Below are positions 39,255 to 50,016 of a DNA stretch of 64,000 nt, in pieces (the stretch's first letter is position 1; the number at the start of each line of letters is the position of its first letter). The DNA is from a virus, in IMG/VR virus record IMGVR_UViG_3300027806_000042, positions 3,661-67,660 of that record. One strand, written 5' to 3'. A program made the translations under genes and the position numbers. A model generated the notes under the pieces. The model did no database searches. It was not told the origin of the DNA and worked only from the letters and a program-made list of their open reading frames with translations.

Positions 39255-39955
39255 TCAAAAGGCCAATTCAATCGCCAGTGCGACTAGGCCGCCGCCAACG
39301 CCTGCCCATAAAAAATCGCGGTAGGATCGCGGCAACCAGCGCCAAAGCGGAATCCGTTTGCTGCCCAAAGCGATTTCACTCTGGGCTCTCTCCCGCATCA
39401 CATACATCAGGAACGCGCAGACGGCGGCGTTGCCCCACGGACCAAGATAGACCATGGCGAAGAACGTACCAACGATCAGCGTAATCAGTGCGGCCAGTAA
39501 AGCGTGGGAGAGGCCGGGCGTGAACCATGCGGGCTTGATCATCACAGACCCCCAAGGCTGTCGTTGCCGTTGCCACCGAGTAGGGTGTCGTTGCCAGAAG
39601 GCGGTTCCACAATAACCGGCTTGGGCTGGTGCCAGGGCAGGGGCAGCATAAGGGGCTCCGCTTTCTTTTGCTCGATCTGTTGCATTACCATATCCTCGTA
39701 GGCCGTGCGCTGATCGCCCATGGCGCCGTGAACCCATCCAAGAACCTGCGCTTCGGTCAGGTCATAGTACGGCGTGAACTCCGTCGCCGGGTCATAGACA
39801 AACTCCTGAAAGCCCGAAACGGCGGCGGCAATGTTTCGGTCCACCCCCGACACTTGCCACTCAACCTTGACGACGATGGCGCCATTCGGGCGCAGCGCAT
39901 CAATCTCGGAGTTGCTGAGCGTGGCGAAAAGACTTTTGATTGACCAAGTAATCAT
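39255..39955 (-). CDS. Membrane protein (39255-39542) and tail-associated protein (39542-39955)
   Basis: Three hydrophobic segments in the first; FTPYYDLTEAQVLGWV in the second. Confidence 0.6.
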
Positions 39956-41307
39956 AGGCCAGGGAACCTCCCACGGTTGGCGTTGAAGTTTTGCAAGACT
40001 TCGGACGGTAAAAGGGCGCGGTTGTAAAAGCGAGAAATCGCAACACTTCCGTTTAGCCATTGGTTAACGGTGTTTAGGCCAACGATCACACTAAAAGACT
40101 GAGCTAAAACAGCGATTGTTGTCGTTAGCGAAAGTGCGCCGTTGATGTAAATGGCCGCGTTATTGCTACCGGTTCCCGATACCGTCAAAACGGCTTGACG
40201 CCATGTGTTATCACCAACATTGACGCCAGTTGATCTTTCTGCCGCATTTCCCCAATCATAAGCGATTAGTACGTTATCCTTCAATAATAAACTTTGTGCT
40301 TCTTCTTTACCAAACAGACCCCTAAAAGATGAATTGGTGTTTGACGCCTTGAACCACACCTCAACGCTGGCGGAATTGTTTTGAAGGCTTGCAGCATTAC
40401 CGCAACTCGCTGCGGAGTTGGTTCCATTGAATGTAATCTGCCCGCCATCGGCGGAACTGTAGCCAAAGCCGCCCGATAAAGCGCCGTTATTCCCGTTTCC
40501 TGATAGGTCCGTCCAAGCCGTGCCGCTGCCGGGATAGCTAGCCGCATTGCCAGCGTCCAAGTTCATAACAAGGCCGCTGGTGACGATGCCTGCAAGACCG
40601 AAGCGAGCCGCGTCGGTGTTGAAGTTTTGCTCTACTTCAGAAGCGGGAAGCGCGCGGTCATAGATGCGCGCGATGGCAACATCGCCCTGGAGGTATTCGC
40701 CCGAGCTTATGTAAGTCAAAGCAAGTTGAATAGTTGATGATGTCACATTGTGTCCGCTGCCCGGCGTGTCACTGGCGATCTGAGTGGTATTCGCGTAAAT
40801 GCGTCTTGTAGTGCCGTCAAAATTCGCAGTAATCATAAACCAAGTATTCAGCGCCAAACTTGCGTTGTTGTTATCAGCCTCCAAATCATTAGCCCACCAA
40901 TAATGCAAAAAACGCCCGACGCCACCACCGCCCAATGAACCGCCAGTACGCAGCGCGTTGCTTTGGTTTGTGGTGCCAAAACCGCCGATAGACATGATTC
41001 CGCCGAGCGTTGTCCACGACGGCAGGCGCACCCACGCTTGCAATGTATAAGGAGCATTCCCCTGCGGTACATTGATGCCGGTGGCCCGATCAAAATACCC
41101 CGTCGCACCGGTAGCAAACCACCCGCTTGAGTTCCATGTTGGACTATTTTGCAGTGTCAGATGGTTACCAGTGCCAGACAAATCAGTCCAAGCCGTTCCA
41201 CTGCCGGGATAGCTAGCCGCATTGCCAGCGTCCAAGTTCATAACAAGGCCGCCGGTAACGATGCCGGATGCTGGCGCCGATGCCAGAAGAAGTTGCATCA
41301 GGCTCAT
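39952..41307 (-). CDS. Tandem LamG/ConA-like lectin protein (receptor-binding candidate)
   Basis: Two copies of GLVMNLDAGNAASYPGSGTAWTDLSG...IY(D/N)RAL..SEV.QNFN. Confidence 0.85.
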   Translation of the reverse strand: MSLMQLLLASAPASGIVTGGLVMNLDAGNAASYPGSGTAWTDLSGTGNHLTLQNSPTWNSSGWFATGATGYFDRATGINVPQGNAPYTLQAWVRLPSWTTLGGIMSIGGFGTTNQSNALRTGGSLGGGGVGRFLHYWWANDLEADNNNASLALNTWFMITANFDGTTRRIYANTTQIASDTPGSGHNVTSSTIQLALTYISSGEYLQGDVAIARIYDRALPASEVEQNFNTDAARFGLAGIVTSGLVMNLDAGNAASYPGSGTAWTDLSGNGNNGALSGGFGYSSADGGQITFNGTNSAASCGNAASLQNNSASVEVWFKASNTNSSFRGLFGKEEAQSLLLKDNVLIAYDWGNAAERSTGVNVGDNTWRQAVLTVSGTGSNNAAIYINGALSLTTTIAVLAQSFSVIVGLNTVNQWLNGSVAISRFYNRALLPSEVLQNFNANRGRFPGL

Positions 41308-42227
41308 GTCAAGCCGCCACCCGAGATAACAAAGGTGTTGGCTGCAACACAATACACTGTTGCCAGGCCCCGCTGCGCTAGAGTTCGGTTGCCAGTCGTC
41401 GCCGTTCCAACAAGGTATATGGTTACGCCAGCGCCTTGAGTGATAGTTTGATTGGATGCACTATTGTTCCAAATGCTGAAAACATCATTCGCCGCAAACA
41501 CACCAGAGTTAATAGTCACACCCCCTGTCGTGATGGAAATGACTTTACCAAGGTCAGAAGCAGCAGCTACATACGCGGCTGTCTGATTGTTAATAGGTAA
41601 AGCCCGCACATTCCCTGAAACATCCAAAACTGAATTGAATGTCACATTACTCGCTGTTCCAAGACCAAGCGCCGTTCTAGCATTGGGAGCCGTGGCGGCC
41701 CCGGTCCCGCCTTGCCCTATTGAAAGGGGGGTAGTCAATCCACTCAAAGATGTAATGTCGCTATTGGCACCACTAGAAGCAACACCAGTCAATCCGGTTA
41801 TTGTAACGCCGGTAATTGAACCACCAGTTATAGAAACTAAGTTTGAGTTCTGCGTTGCAATCGTTCCAAGGTTAAGATTGGCACGAGCCGTGGCAGCATC
41901 ACTAGCACCAGTTCCACCCTGAGCCACAGTAAGCGCCGTAGTTAAACCACTTAAAGATGTAATGTCACTATTTGAACCGCTTGAAGCAGCACCCAAATTT
42001 GCCCTAGCAGCAGAAGCATCACTAGCCCCCGTACCACCATCAGCAACCGCTAGATCAGAAATGCCAGTAATTACCCCACCACTAATGGAAACGCTATCAG
42101 CGTCCTGTTGTGCCATTGTCCCAAAGCTAGGGGGCATAGCATTAACCAAGGCAGCAAAGTTCTCATCAAGTTTTACCAACTCAACCGGCGTGGTTTCATT
42201 CGCAAATTGATTAGGAACAGAAGCCAT
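41304..42227 (-). CDS. Tail fiber protein
   Basis: Repeated GGTGA..A..AR.NLG and SG.NSDITSLSGLTT motifs. Confidence 0.8.
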   Translation of the reverse strand: MASVPNQFANETTPVELVKLDENFAALVNAMPPSFGTMAQQDADSVSISGGVITGISDLAVADGGTGASDASAARANLGAASSGSNSDITSLSGLTTALTVAQGGTGASDAATARANLNLGTIATQNSNLVSITGGSITGVTITGLTGVASSGANSDITSLSGLTTPLSIGQGGTGAATAPNARTALGLGTASNVTFNSVLDVSGNVRALPINNQTAAYVAAASDLGKVISITTGGVTINSGVFAANDVFSIWNNSASNQTITQGAGVTIYLVGTATTGNRTLAQRGLATVYCVAANTFVISGGGLT

Positions 42228-42229
42228 GT

Positions 42230-42652
42230 TTATACACCTATTGACTCATTATTAACCCAAGATACTTGGACGCCAGATTGGTTTGTCCAATAAACCGGTT
42301 CACTTGAATTATTATACCACACCGCATTACTTGTTGGCGGGGGTATATTTACATTCACAATCCCTATAAGTCCAGTAGCAAATATAGCCGCATTCCCAAT
42401 AGGATTCCAGCCAAATAAACTCCTGCCAGGGTCAACATCTGGCCTAGGATTGAGTAGCGCCACGGGATCATTGATAGGAAACCTACCCAACTGTAACTGC
42501 GGATGGTCCTCATCATTGCAGGCAGAACACACCTTAATGCCCGTTGGCTTCTGGTTCACCACCTGCCAATCTAGCTTCGCTAGTGGAAAGCGGAAATTAC
42601 AGCGGTCACAGAACCCAAAAGCCCGCTTACCAAAGGCGAATCTCTGCGTCAT
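42230..42652 (-). CDS. Zn-finger structural-module protein
   Basis: CDRC...VCSAC...HPQ...PRPD. Confidence 0.65.
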   Translation of the reverse strand: MTQRFAFGKRAFGFCDRCNFRFPLAKLDWQVVNQKPTGIKVCSACNDEDHPQLQLGRFPINDPVALLNPRPDVDPGRSLFGWNPIGNAAIFATGLIGIVNVNIPPPTSNAVWYNNSSEPVYWTNQSGVQVSWVNNESIGV

Positions 42653-43326
42653 ATCCGGCTATAATTCCAAGGAACAAAGGTCGCTGGGGACCGTTCCCGA
42701 TCCTCCTCAGCCGCCAATGCAAACTGCCGCTCATACTCAGCCTGTAGCATTTGAACCCGCCCCATGGCCTCTGGACGCTTTAGGGCAATCTGATAGGCCA
42801 AAGCAGCCGCTAGGGCTGGCACAAACCGAACCGGAATGTCCATGTTATCAAGCGCGTTAGTGGCATCCTGCATACGCTTTAGGCGCCAATACAATAGGGT
42901 ATAGGCTAGGTCAGGAACCGGCCAAAGGATAAATGATTGGCTAACTTGCTTCTGGACGTAAATCTGTAGGGGCCGCCCTGTGGTTGCCTTATTAGGTAGG
43001 GTCGCATAGTCCGTCACGCCAATACGCGATAGCGGATAATCAAAGTTAGAACCCTGCCCAGCCAATCGAACAATAGCGTCCGTCACATCAATGTTATCAG
43101 CCGGAAGGCTATATGTAGATACATTTGGAGAAAGCGTCATAGACGCCTGCTCAACGGTCCACAGGTTCAAACCCCTGTTAGACCATTCAGCACTAATCAT
43201 ATTCAGGGAACGCCGGGCAGTCCTGTAGTCATAACCAGTCCGAGCATCAAGGCCAGCTTTTTCGTAAGCCTCCTCAATAAGATCGGCAATATCAATGTTC
43301 CAAGTTGACGTTCCGCTAGTAGGCAT
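42649..43326 (-). CDS. Head-tail adaptor (P22 gp4-like)
   Basis: IEEAYE..G, ARRSLN...EWSNRGLNLW, LPNK..GRP, WPVPD. Confidence 0.7.
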   Translation of the reverse strand: MPTSGTSTWNIDIADLIEEAYEKAGLDARTGYDYRTARRSLNMISAEWSNRGLNLWTVEQASMTLSPNVSTYSLPADNIDVTDAIVRLAGQGSNFDYPLSRIGVTDYATLPNKATTGRPLQIYVQKQVSQSFILWPVPDLAYTLLYWRLKRMQDATNALDNMDIPVRFVPALAAALAYQIALKRPEAMGRVQMLQAEYERQFALAAEEDRERSPATFVPWNYSRI

Positions 43327-44016
43327 TACTTCTTCCTTGCAGCGCGTAAGTTATCAACCAAGTTTGGATAGGGGCGACCAGCCGCCTTAGCAGATGCCTT
43401 GGCAGAAGCCTTCTGCTTATCAGATAGGGGCTTAGGTTTCCCCAGCCCCTTTGGCCTTTTACGCTCCCAAACAGGCTTCACTAAACCATCTTCCCGCGCG
43501 TCTTACCCTTAATGGCGCAACCATCGCCACGGGTGTAAGATGATTTCACGGAACCACCGGAAGCCATCTTTTTGACTTTACCACCAGACTTCATGCGCGT
43601 TCCCTTGCGGGCATCCTCACGCATACGATTGGCAGTTTCGAAATTAGCAGGGTCCATCATTTGCTTTCCTCCAACAACATAACCAGAATCGCCTTCCCGC
43701 ATCATAGGTTCTCGGGTAAGCGGATTAAGTCCAGAACGGTCCCGCATAATCTCGTCCTCAGTCATACCACGCTCATTAGGAACGCGCCTACGATTAGATG
43801 GCACCCTAGAAGGTGGACGAGGAGGAAGCGGAAGATCGTCCATTAGACAACCTTCCCCTTGGTTTTGCCTTTCATTTCAACACCGCCACCCTTGGCATAC
43901 ATCACCTTACCGCCCTTCTTCATCCCACCGGGACGCATGGCACGGGCAGCAAAACGAGGCGTGGACATGCCCGCTTTGTCTGGACCTATCTTCATTTTAG
44001 GCTTCATCATTTTCAT
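43326..44016 (-). CDS. Three small Lys-rich proteins (43326-43481, 43481-43843, 43843-44016)
   Basis: Manual translation: MKPVWERKRP...GRPYPNLVDN; ...MASGGSV...RGDGCAIKGKTRGKMV; MKMMKPK...YAKGGGVEMKGKTKGKVV. Confidence 0.65.
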
Positions 44017-44025
44017 CACACTCTC

Positions 44026-44465
44026 CTATTTACAAGCAGCCCGAATATGGGCGCGAAGTTCACCGTAATCCTCAATCATTCTAGCAACAATAGAATTGCT
44101 AGGCAAAGCCTTTAATTCAGCCGAAGCGCCCTGTTGAATACTCTGGCTATACGGGACAATACTTGGGCAAACCAAGGCCGTATTATGGCCGCAACCGGCC
44201 AGCATCACCAAACCAAAGATCAGGGAGTATTTCAAAACTTCCCCTTTTCAAGAGCATCCACAGCGCCACCATTCCCCTTGTATTGGGCGGCAGCCTCATT
44301 GCCCTTCTGCAAACCATCTAGGCTTCCCTGTAGCTGGTCCTGCCTAGCCACGGCCTTACCTTCACGCCGACCAGAAAGAAAGGCAGCCATCAAAGCGCCA
44401 ATAATTACAGCAGCGCCAATGACATACGCCTTAATCTTGGCCCAAATAAACCCAATCGCAATCAT
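44026..44465 (-). CDS. Spanin pair: o-spanin lipoprotein (44026-44235) and i-spanin (44232-44465)
   Basis: Lipobox LAGC; N-terminal TM plus coiled coil; directly downstream of lysozyme. Confidence 0.6.
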
Positions 44466-45097
44466 TTTTTCCTCAACAAAACAATGGCAGCAAGCACCAC
44501 AACAGCAGCCACAATAGCCACACCAACCCACATAGGGACGCCACCAAGGGCTTGTACCGCAGGGGCGGCAGTAGCAGCGGCAGCAGCAATACCACCATAC
44601 GCAGCCACCGCAGAACCTTTACCGTCAGACGGGGCAGAAGGCTCGATATAGTTACTGGACACAAAGGAACCCTTAACCCACAAGCCAGCCTCAGCAGCGC
44701 GGCGGTTAGTTAAGCCAGCAGACACGTTCTTGCCGACTTTGTTCCACCTAGCCAATTCACTTGGAATAGCATCATAATTACCAGCGTTCAGCTTCTTCAG
44801 CAGGGTAGAACCCCGAAAAGCCCCTTCCCCAACATTGAAGCAAAATGACACTAGGGCGGCAAATTGATTGTCATTCAAGGGGACCGTGACAGCATTTTCC
44901 ACACAGCGCCGGAACCTGGCCAAGTCACCGCGCAATAGGTTGACTGCCTCAGCTTCGCTAATGCTCATGCCTTTCTTGGCTGTTGCGGTATGACCATAAC
45001 CAATCGTCCAAACTTTAGCAGGGCATAGATAGGCTTCCAAACGAAGCCCCTCCCATTGCTTAATAAGATTCAAACCATCTTGATTGATCTGCCTCAT
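44462..45097 (-). CDS. GH24 lysozyme (endolysin) with C-terminal hydrophobic tail
   Basis: EGLRLEAYLCPAKVWTIGYGHT, NQFAALVSF.FNVG, GL.NRR.AE. Confidence 0.93.
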   Translation of the reverse strand: MRQINQDGLNLIKQWEGLRLEAYLCPAKVWTIGYGHTATAKKGMSISEAEAVNLLRGDLARFRRCVENAVTVPLNDNQFAALVSFCFNVGEGAFRGSTLLKKLNAGNYDAIPSELARWNKVGKNVSAGLTNRRAAEAGLWVKGSFVSSNYIEPSAPSDGKGSAVAAYGGIAAAAATAAPAVQALGGVPMWVGVAIVAAVVVLAAIVLLRKK

Positions 45098-45342
45098 TTT
45101 ACAAATCCCATCTTCCAGGCGGTTACAAGGGCGGTCACAATACCAACAACCGTACCAACCATCATAATAAATTGCCAGCCGCCGCTCAACTTATTAAGGG
45201 TTTTAATGACTTCATCAAGCCTATCATCTTGCCGTTCAAATCGAATATCCATATCCCGCTTCATATCACTTAAACGGGATTCCATATTTTCCATTTTCGC
45301 TGATAGAGAACCTAGGTTCCTTTGAATTTCACCTTCGTTCAT
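45094..45342 (-). CDS. Coiled-coil plus C-terminal TM protein (holin/XhlA-like)
   Basis: Composition and position immediately upstream of lysozyme. Confidence 0.55.
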   Translation of the reverse strand: MNEGEIQRNLGSLSAKMENMESRLSDMKRDMDIRFERQDDRLDEVIKTLNKLSGGWQFIMMVGTVVGIVTALVTAWKMGFVK

Positions 45343-45343
45343 G

Positions 45344-45595
45344 TCAGCATTTCCAGGCTCTAAGGCTCTTATTGATTCGAGAGTTAGGGTCATTGGCGGT
45401 TTTGGCGCTAGTTAGTTTCTTCTTCATACCGGCCATTCTGGCACAGAAGCTATCACGCCTAGAACCACCTTCAGGCTGGGGCGCCTTCAATCCAGGCTTA
45501 TCGGGATTGGCTTTATTGTATGAAGCCCTCCCCTTAGCATTAAGCCCCCCGCTTGGGCTTTTGCCTTCTTTTCGCTGCCATGCCGGGGTTTTCAT
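45344..45595 (-). CDS. DUF6321-like small basic protein
   Basis: AWQRKEGK..GGLNAKGR...RRDSFCARM...SLRAWKC. Confidence 0.75.
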   Translation of the reverse strand: MKTPAWQRKEGKSPSGGLNAKGRASYNKANPDKPGLKAPQPEGGSRRDSFCARMAGMKKKLTSAKTANDPNSRINKSLRAWKC

Positions 45596-46248
45596 GAAGT
45601 CCTCCGCTGTACCGGAAATGGTGGTTCTACAACGCCATTGAATAAGAATACATTAGTTACTTGTGGACCGCAAACACCAATTACTTCAATTACAGGTGGC
45701 GGGCCACCTGAATATATCAGTGTAGCATTGTTGCCGGAATAATTATAGATGCCCCCGAGGGCAGTTAGTGTGTACGCCTGAGCAGGAGCATAAACCAGAT
45801 TGGCATCGTTGCCAGAGTACGCATACGCCGCTCCCTCAGCAACGAGCCTGCGGGCGTATAGCAGATTTGCGTTGTTGCCAGAATAAGTATAGGTAGTTCC
45901 ATCCGCCGATAACGTGAAAGCACGAACGGGCGTATAAACCAGCGAAGCATTATTGCCAGAGTACGCATACGCCGCTCCCTCAGCAACGAGCCTTCTGTTG
46001 TACAGCAGGTTGGCGTCGTTTCCTGAGTATGAATATATCCCGCCGCCGATTTGAGTTTGGCGGTTGAAAAACAGATTTGCGTCATTACCTAAATATGAAT
46101 AGGCTACACCCTCCGCGACGAGCCTGCGGTTGTATAGCAGATTGGCATCGTTGCCAGAATATGAATAAGTCGCGCCATCTGCTGTTAATGTATATGGAGC
46201 GCCGCTGCTAGGCGCAGCAATCGCCGGAACTCGGATGCGCAACGGCAT
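45592..46248 (-). CDS. Tandem-repeat fiber-like protein
   Basis: About 7 repeats of L.A(D/E)G..Y.YSGN(D/N)A.L.Y. Confidence 0.75.
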   Translation of the reverse strand: MPLRIRVPAIAAPSSGAPYTLTADGATYSYSGNDANLLYNRRLVAEGVAYSYLGNDANLFFNRQTQIGGGIYSYSGNDANLLYNRRLVAEGAAYAYSGNNASLVYTPVRAFTLSADGTTYTYSGNNANLLYARRLVAEGAAYAYSGNDANLVYAPAQAYTLTALGGIYNYSGNNATLIYSGGPPPVIEVIGVCGPQVTNVFLFNGVVEPPFPVQRRTS

Positions 46249-46251
46249 CGC

Positions 46252-47070
46252 CTAGTCTCCGATCAGCGGCGGGCGGTTCAGGAATGGGTTGGTGGTCACC
46301 AGGTCTGGCGCGTTTCCCCATTTCCACGCGAGATGTCCCAACACCTTCATTCGGTTATCTACCGATAGCTCGGCACCATTCGTGATAATCACTTCACCTA
46401 TCATCCAGTTCGTGTACCGACTGAACATCGGCGATGAGCCGATGTAGAGCGGCGAAGTTCCTAAGTTAGTGCGTAACGTATACGTCCCCGTGTTGCTGCC
46501 GTCCGGCTTGCCATTTTGCAGACCAATCATCGCGTTGTTTTGATGGACGCCCGTGAAAATATACGTCCTATTTGGTAGGTAGGTGAACGCCCCGGTGCCG
46601 TCATAATTCGGCTGTCCTCCCGCTGTGTTCGTCGAGTATATCGCAGACTTTCCATTGCTTTTGATAAGATCACTCCACCCGGCAGTCGTGGGGCCGGCTG
46701 AGGTAAAAAACTCAAATAATGAGTTGTAGGCGTTGGTGAATGCCGCCGCCCTAAATACAATAAACGAAGTAATGGGGTACTGGAACGCCCAAGACTCGGG
46801 TGCGCGTTGCAGCGCCTTGGCGGTACCGTCGAAGGACATGCTGCCAAGACCGTTTATTCCGTCAAGGCGATACGCTGGCTGGCTGGCACTCACTGACTGC
46901 GTGAAATGCCGAGCATTTCCGCTCTTGTCGCGCACTTCGCTGATGCCTGTCGCCAAGGAAATGGTGGAGACATCGGCCCAGTCAAGCCACAGCGCAGGCC
47001 GCACCAAGTCAGGCGTCCACAACCGCCCCTGCAACTGCGCTTCATCATACCGGCTGACCCCGCGCGGCAT
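46252..47070 (-). CDS. LamG/ConA-like protein
   Basis: ALWLDWAD...RDKSGNARH..Q...P...IGEVII...LAWKWG. Confidence 0.75.
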   Translation of the reverse strand: MPRGVSRYDEAQLQGRLWTPDLVRPALWLDWADVSTISLATGISEVRDKSGNARHFTQSVSASQPAYRLDGINGLGSMSFDGTAKALQRAPESWAFQYPITSFIVFRAAAFTNAYNSLFEFFTSAGPTTAGWSDLIKSNGKSAIYSTNTAGGQPNYDGTGAFTYLPNRTYIFTGVHQNNAMIGLQNGKPDGSNTGTYTLRTNLGTSPLYIGSSPMFSRYTNWMIGEVIITNGAELSVDNRMKVLGHLAWKWGNAPDLVTTNPFLNRPPLIGD

Positions 47071-49852
47071 TTAGGTTACATCCTCATTCCACGGGCGCAC
47101 GTAAAGCTCATTCCCGGATGCGGCAAAATTGGCGACAGTGTTATTGATTACGCTGAACCGCATAGAAAACGGGTAAAGCCTCAACATATTGACAACCGCC
47201 ACCTTGGCGGATGCGCCGGAGGTAAGCGGAATAACATATAGATCGCCGCCGATCCGGTCTGCCGTATCAGTGCCATCATTCAGCGTAATACGGAGTGTTA
47301 TTGAACCGGCGGTGCCGGGGTTAAAACTGCCCAGCTTTATGGTCACAACGCCGTACAGATCGCGATTTGTTGAATTGTCATAGGTGACAACCGCGCTTTC
47401 GCTGCCATTGGCCAGCGAATTGAGCGTTGCTCCCGCAAAATTGCTTGACCGCGACGGCGAAGGCGTTGCCCATTTCGCGACTGCCATTACACGCCGCCCC
47501 GCGCCAGCCCGACAGTCCGTGCAGTGACCGGAACGTTATTCGCTTCAGCCCAAGAGGGATGCCGATCTGCCAAAGCCAAAAGTCGATCTTTTGTCACCGC
47601 CGAAAGCAATCCAACTTGAACCATTTTTGTCAGCACCAAGCTAACCGCCTCATAGGCTTCTGGATCGTCTGTCTCAATGTAGCTGCTTTGGCGAATTGTA
47701 TCGCGCATAAGAATAGCCGCTTCCCTGGTTTCTTCTGGCAAGGTTTCGTTTTCCGACGCGACAACCGCCTTAGCCCATTCGCCTGAAGTCAACAGTAATT
47801 GTTGTGCAACGCCAGTCGCCACCTTCTGCTTTACCTTGGGCAGCGAAACGTCCGGGACATTCAGTAAATTTGCAGCCATCCACTCAGGAATCCCCTGCAA
47901 GTCCGGCTGCGATACGCGCGTAGCTAACAAAGCTAGTTTTGCCGCGTCAATTTCGCTATCGCTCATTTACTCACACCCCCTATTAAGCCTTTGCATTAGT
48001 CGTCATTCGCCTCTTTTATGAAAGCGAAATCGCCGCACCGGTAAAGTCGATAGTGAAGGTTTCGCCGTTGGCCATAGTAATAGACGAGCCGTAATCCCAC
48101 CATCCAACAAGCGGATCGGCTGGCGACGTAGGCGTATCGTCATAGACAACAACGTAGCGGAAAGGACCAACCGCGCCGGTAGCCGACAACACAAGATCAT
48201 TGAGAGTCAGCGAGTAGGTGCCACCAGTTTGGGACGAGCTTGCAGTTGTCAAGTTCCGGCTTGACAGATTGGTGTAGGAAATCTGCGTGAGGTCAGTAAG
48301 GACGCTGTTAGTTGCAACCGGCGCAGTATTGGTGAGGGCAATAACAAACTGGTCGGTGCCAAGGTTGGCAACCTCCACCATGTTCTCAGCCCATGCGTTA
48401 AACTTATTCCATGTGGCCATATCAAATCACCCCAAACCCAAAACAGAAGCCATACCCGAAAGAGCCTTTACCTTCTGCTCAATTTCCTTTTCCTTACCCT
48501 CAACCACCGCCTGCCGGTCGTCTAGGCTTGCCTGTAGCTTATCCAGAGAATCCTTTAGGGCAGATGCTTCAAACATCTTCGCCTCAGCATTACGCAAAGC
48601 ATCATCAGCCTTACGTTCACTTGAAGCCGCTTTATCCCGAGAGCGCTGTGCGGCAGCCCGCAACTCAGACGCCTCATCCTTTGCTTTGGCAATAATATCA
48701 GAAGATTCTTTTTGAGTGCTTACAGCCAAATTTTCAGCCTCAGCCTTGGCAGATTCAAGAATCTTACTAGCTTCCTCTTTCATCTTTTCAGAAGAAGCCT
48801 TTGCCTCGGCCAGCATATCTTCCGCTTGCCGCATCATAATTTCAGCAGATTCAGCCTTACGAATACGCGCCCAAGCCTCAGTTGCTTCAAGCGTAGTTTT
48901 CTGTAGCGCCGATAATCTCTCTTGAAACTTCGCTGGATCAGCAAGGATAGCTAGGTTATCAAGAACAGGATCACTCCCACCCACGCCCGAACTAACCCCA
49001 CTCATTGTTTAATCCCCGCTTGAATGACCGCAAGCCTCACCGTACCCGTTCCTGCCGTAACTCTAATGCGAATAGCCCGAATAGGGAAAGCGTAATTGCC
49101 ATCCCTATTCACCGCAACAACACCAGCCATACTAGCATGATCAAACCAAGTAACGGTAGCTGGATCAAAATTACCCGTTGCTGGCAACACATTGTCAAAT
49201 GTGTGTTGCACCGTATATGTCGGGGTTCCCGAAACTACTACTGCACCTAAACCCACATTAAACGGAGTGACATGAACATTAGACACCCACGGAGAGGAAT
49301 CAGCCCCATTAGATGCAGTCAAATATGTCGGTATTGCCATATTTTATCTCGCTTCCTTCAAAAGAAAACCACATAAAATCAAGCAGAAGAAGCCGGATTT
49401 TGCGCGCCAGTTTCAGTACGCTGGACATAAACAACCGTGATGATTGCGCGGCCAACACCAGCAGCCGTACCAACCGTATAACGCACCCATAGCGGGGTAT
49501 CAGCCGTTGTAGAGGTTTGCCAAGCAAGCTGCGTTGCAGCCGTTGCCGTGCCAGTAAAACGACCGCCAGCCGTGGTTGCTACAGCCGCCGACAACTGAGC
49601 GCCACCAGAAGCATTACCAACGGAAATCGTGGAAGTGGAAGAACCGCCAGGAACAACAACCTGATCTATGAGGATATTTACAATCTGAGAACCCTGCGGA
49701 AGAATACCCATCTGCACATCTACGTTGCCAGCGCCAGCCGTCACAACGCCAGTGTCATAAGATTGGGTAAGAACCACAAGGCCGGTATTACGACCAGCAC
49801 CTTCACGGATAGTACCGGAACGAAGTGGACCAGAAAATGAGGAAAAAGCCAT
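47071..49852 (-). CDS. Minor structural/hypothetical genes (47071-47487, 47487-47966, 48016-48420, 48427-49005, 49002-49340, 49379-49852)
   Basis: Tiling beta-rich ORFs plus one coiled coil, between the capsid and lysis genes. Confidence 0.65.
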
Positions 49853-49977
49853 TGCTAAAACTCCTGCACAATAATCATACCATCTGTGCTTGTCTGCCGG
49901 GGCAGTTGGTATGACGAGTTAAAACCCGGTTACTTGCTTATAGGGTAATTCTCAAAATAAAAGCAAGGTGTTTATTT

Positions 49978-50006
49978 AAAAAAAGGGGGCTGAAGCCCCC
50001 TTTCTT
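49978..50006 (-). terminator. Intrinsic terminator after the major capsid gene
   Basis: Minus strand AAAGGGGGC-TTCA-GCCCCCTTT followed by a T-run. Confidence 0.85.
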
Positions 50007-50016
50007 GTTTAGCAGA

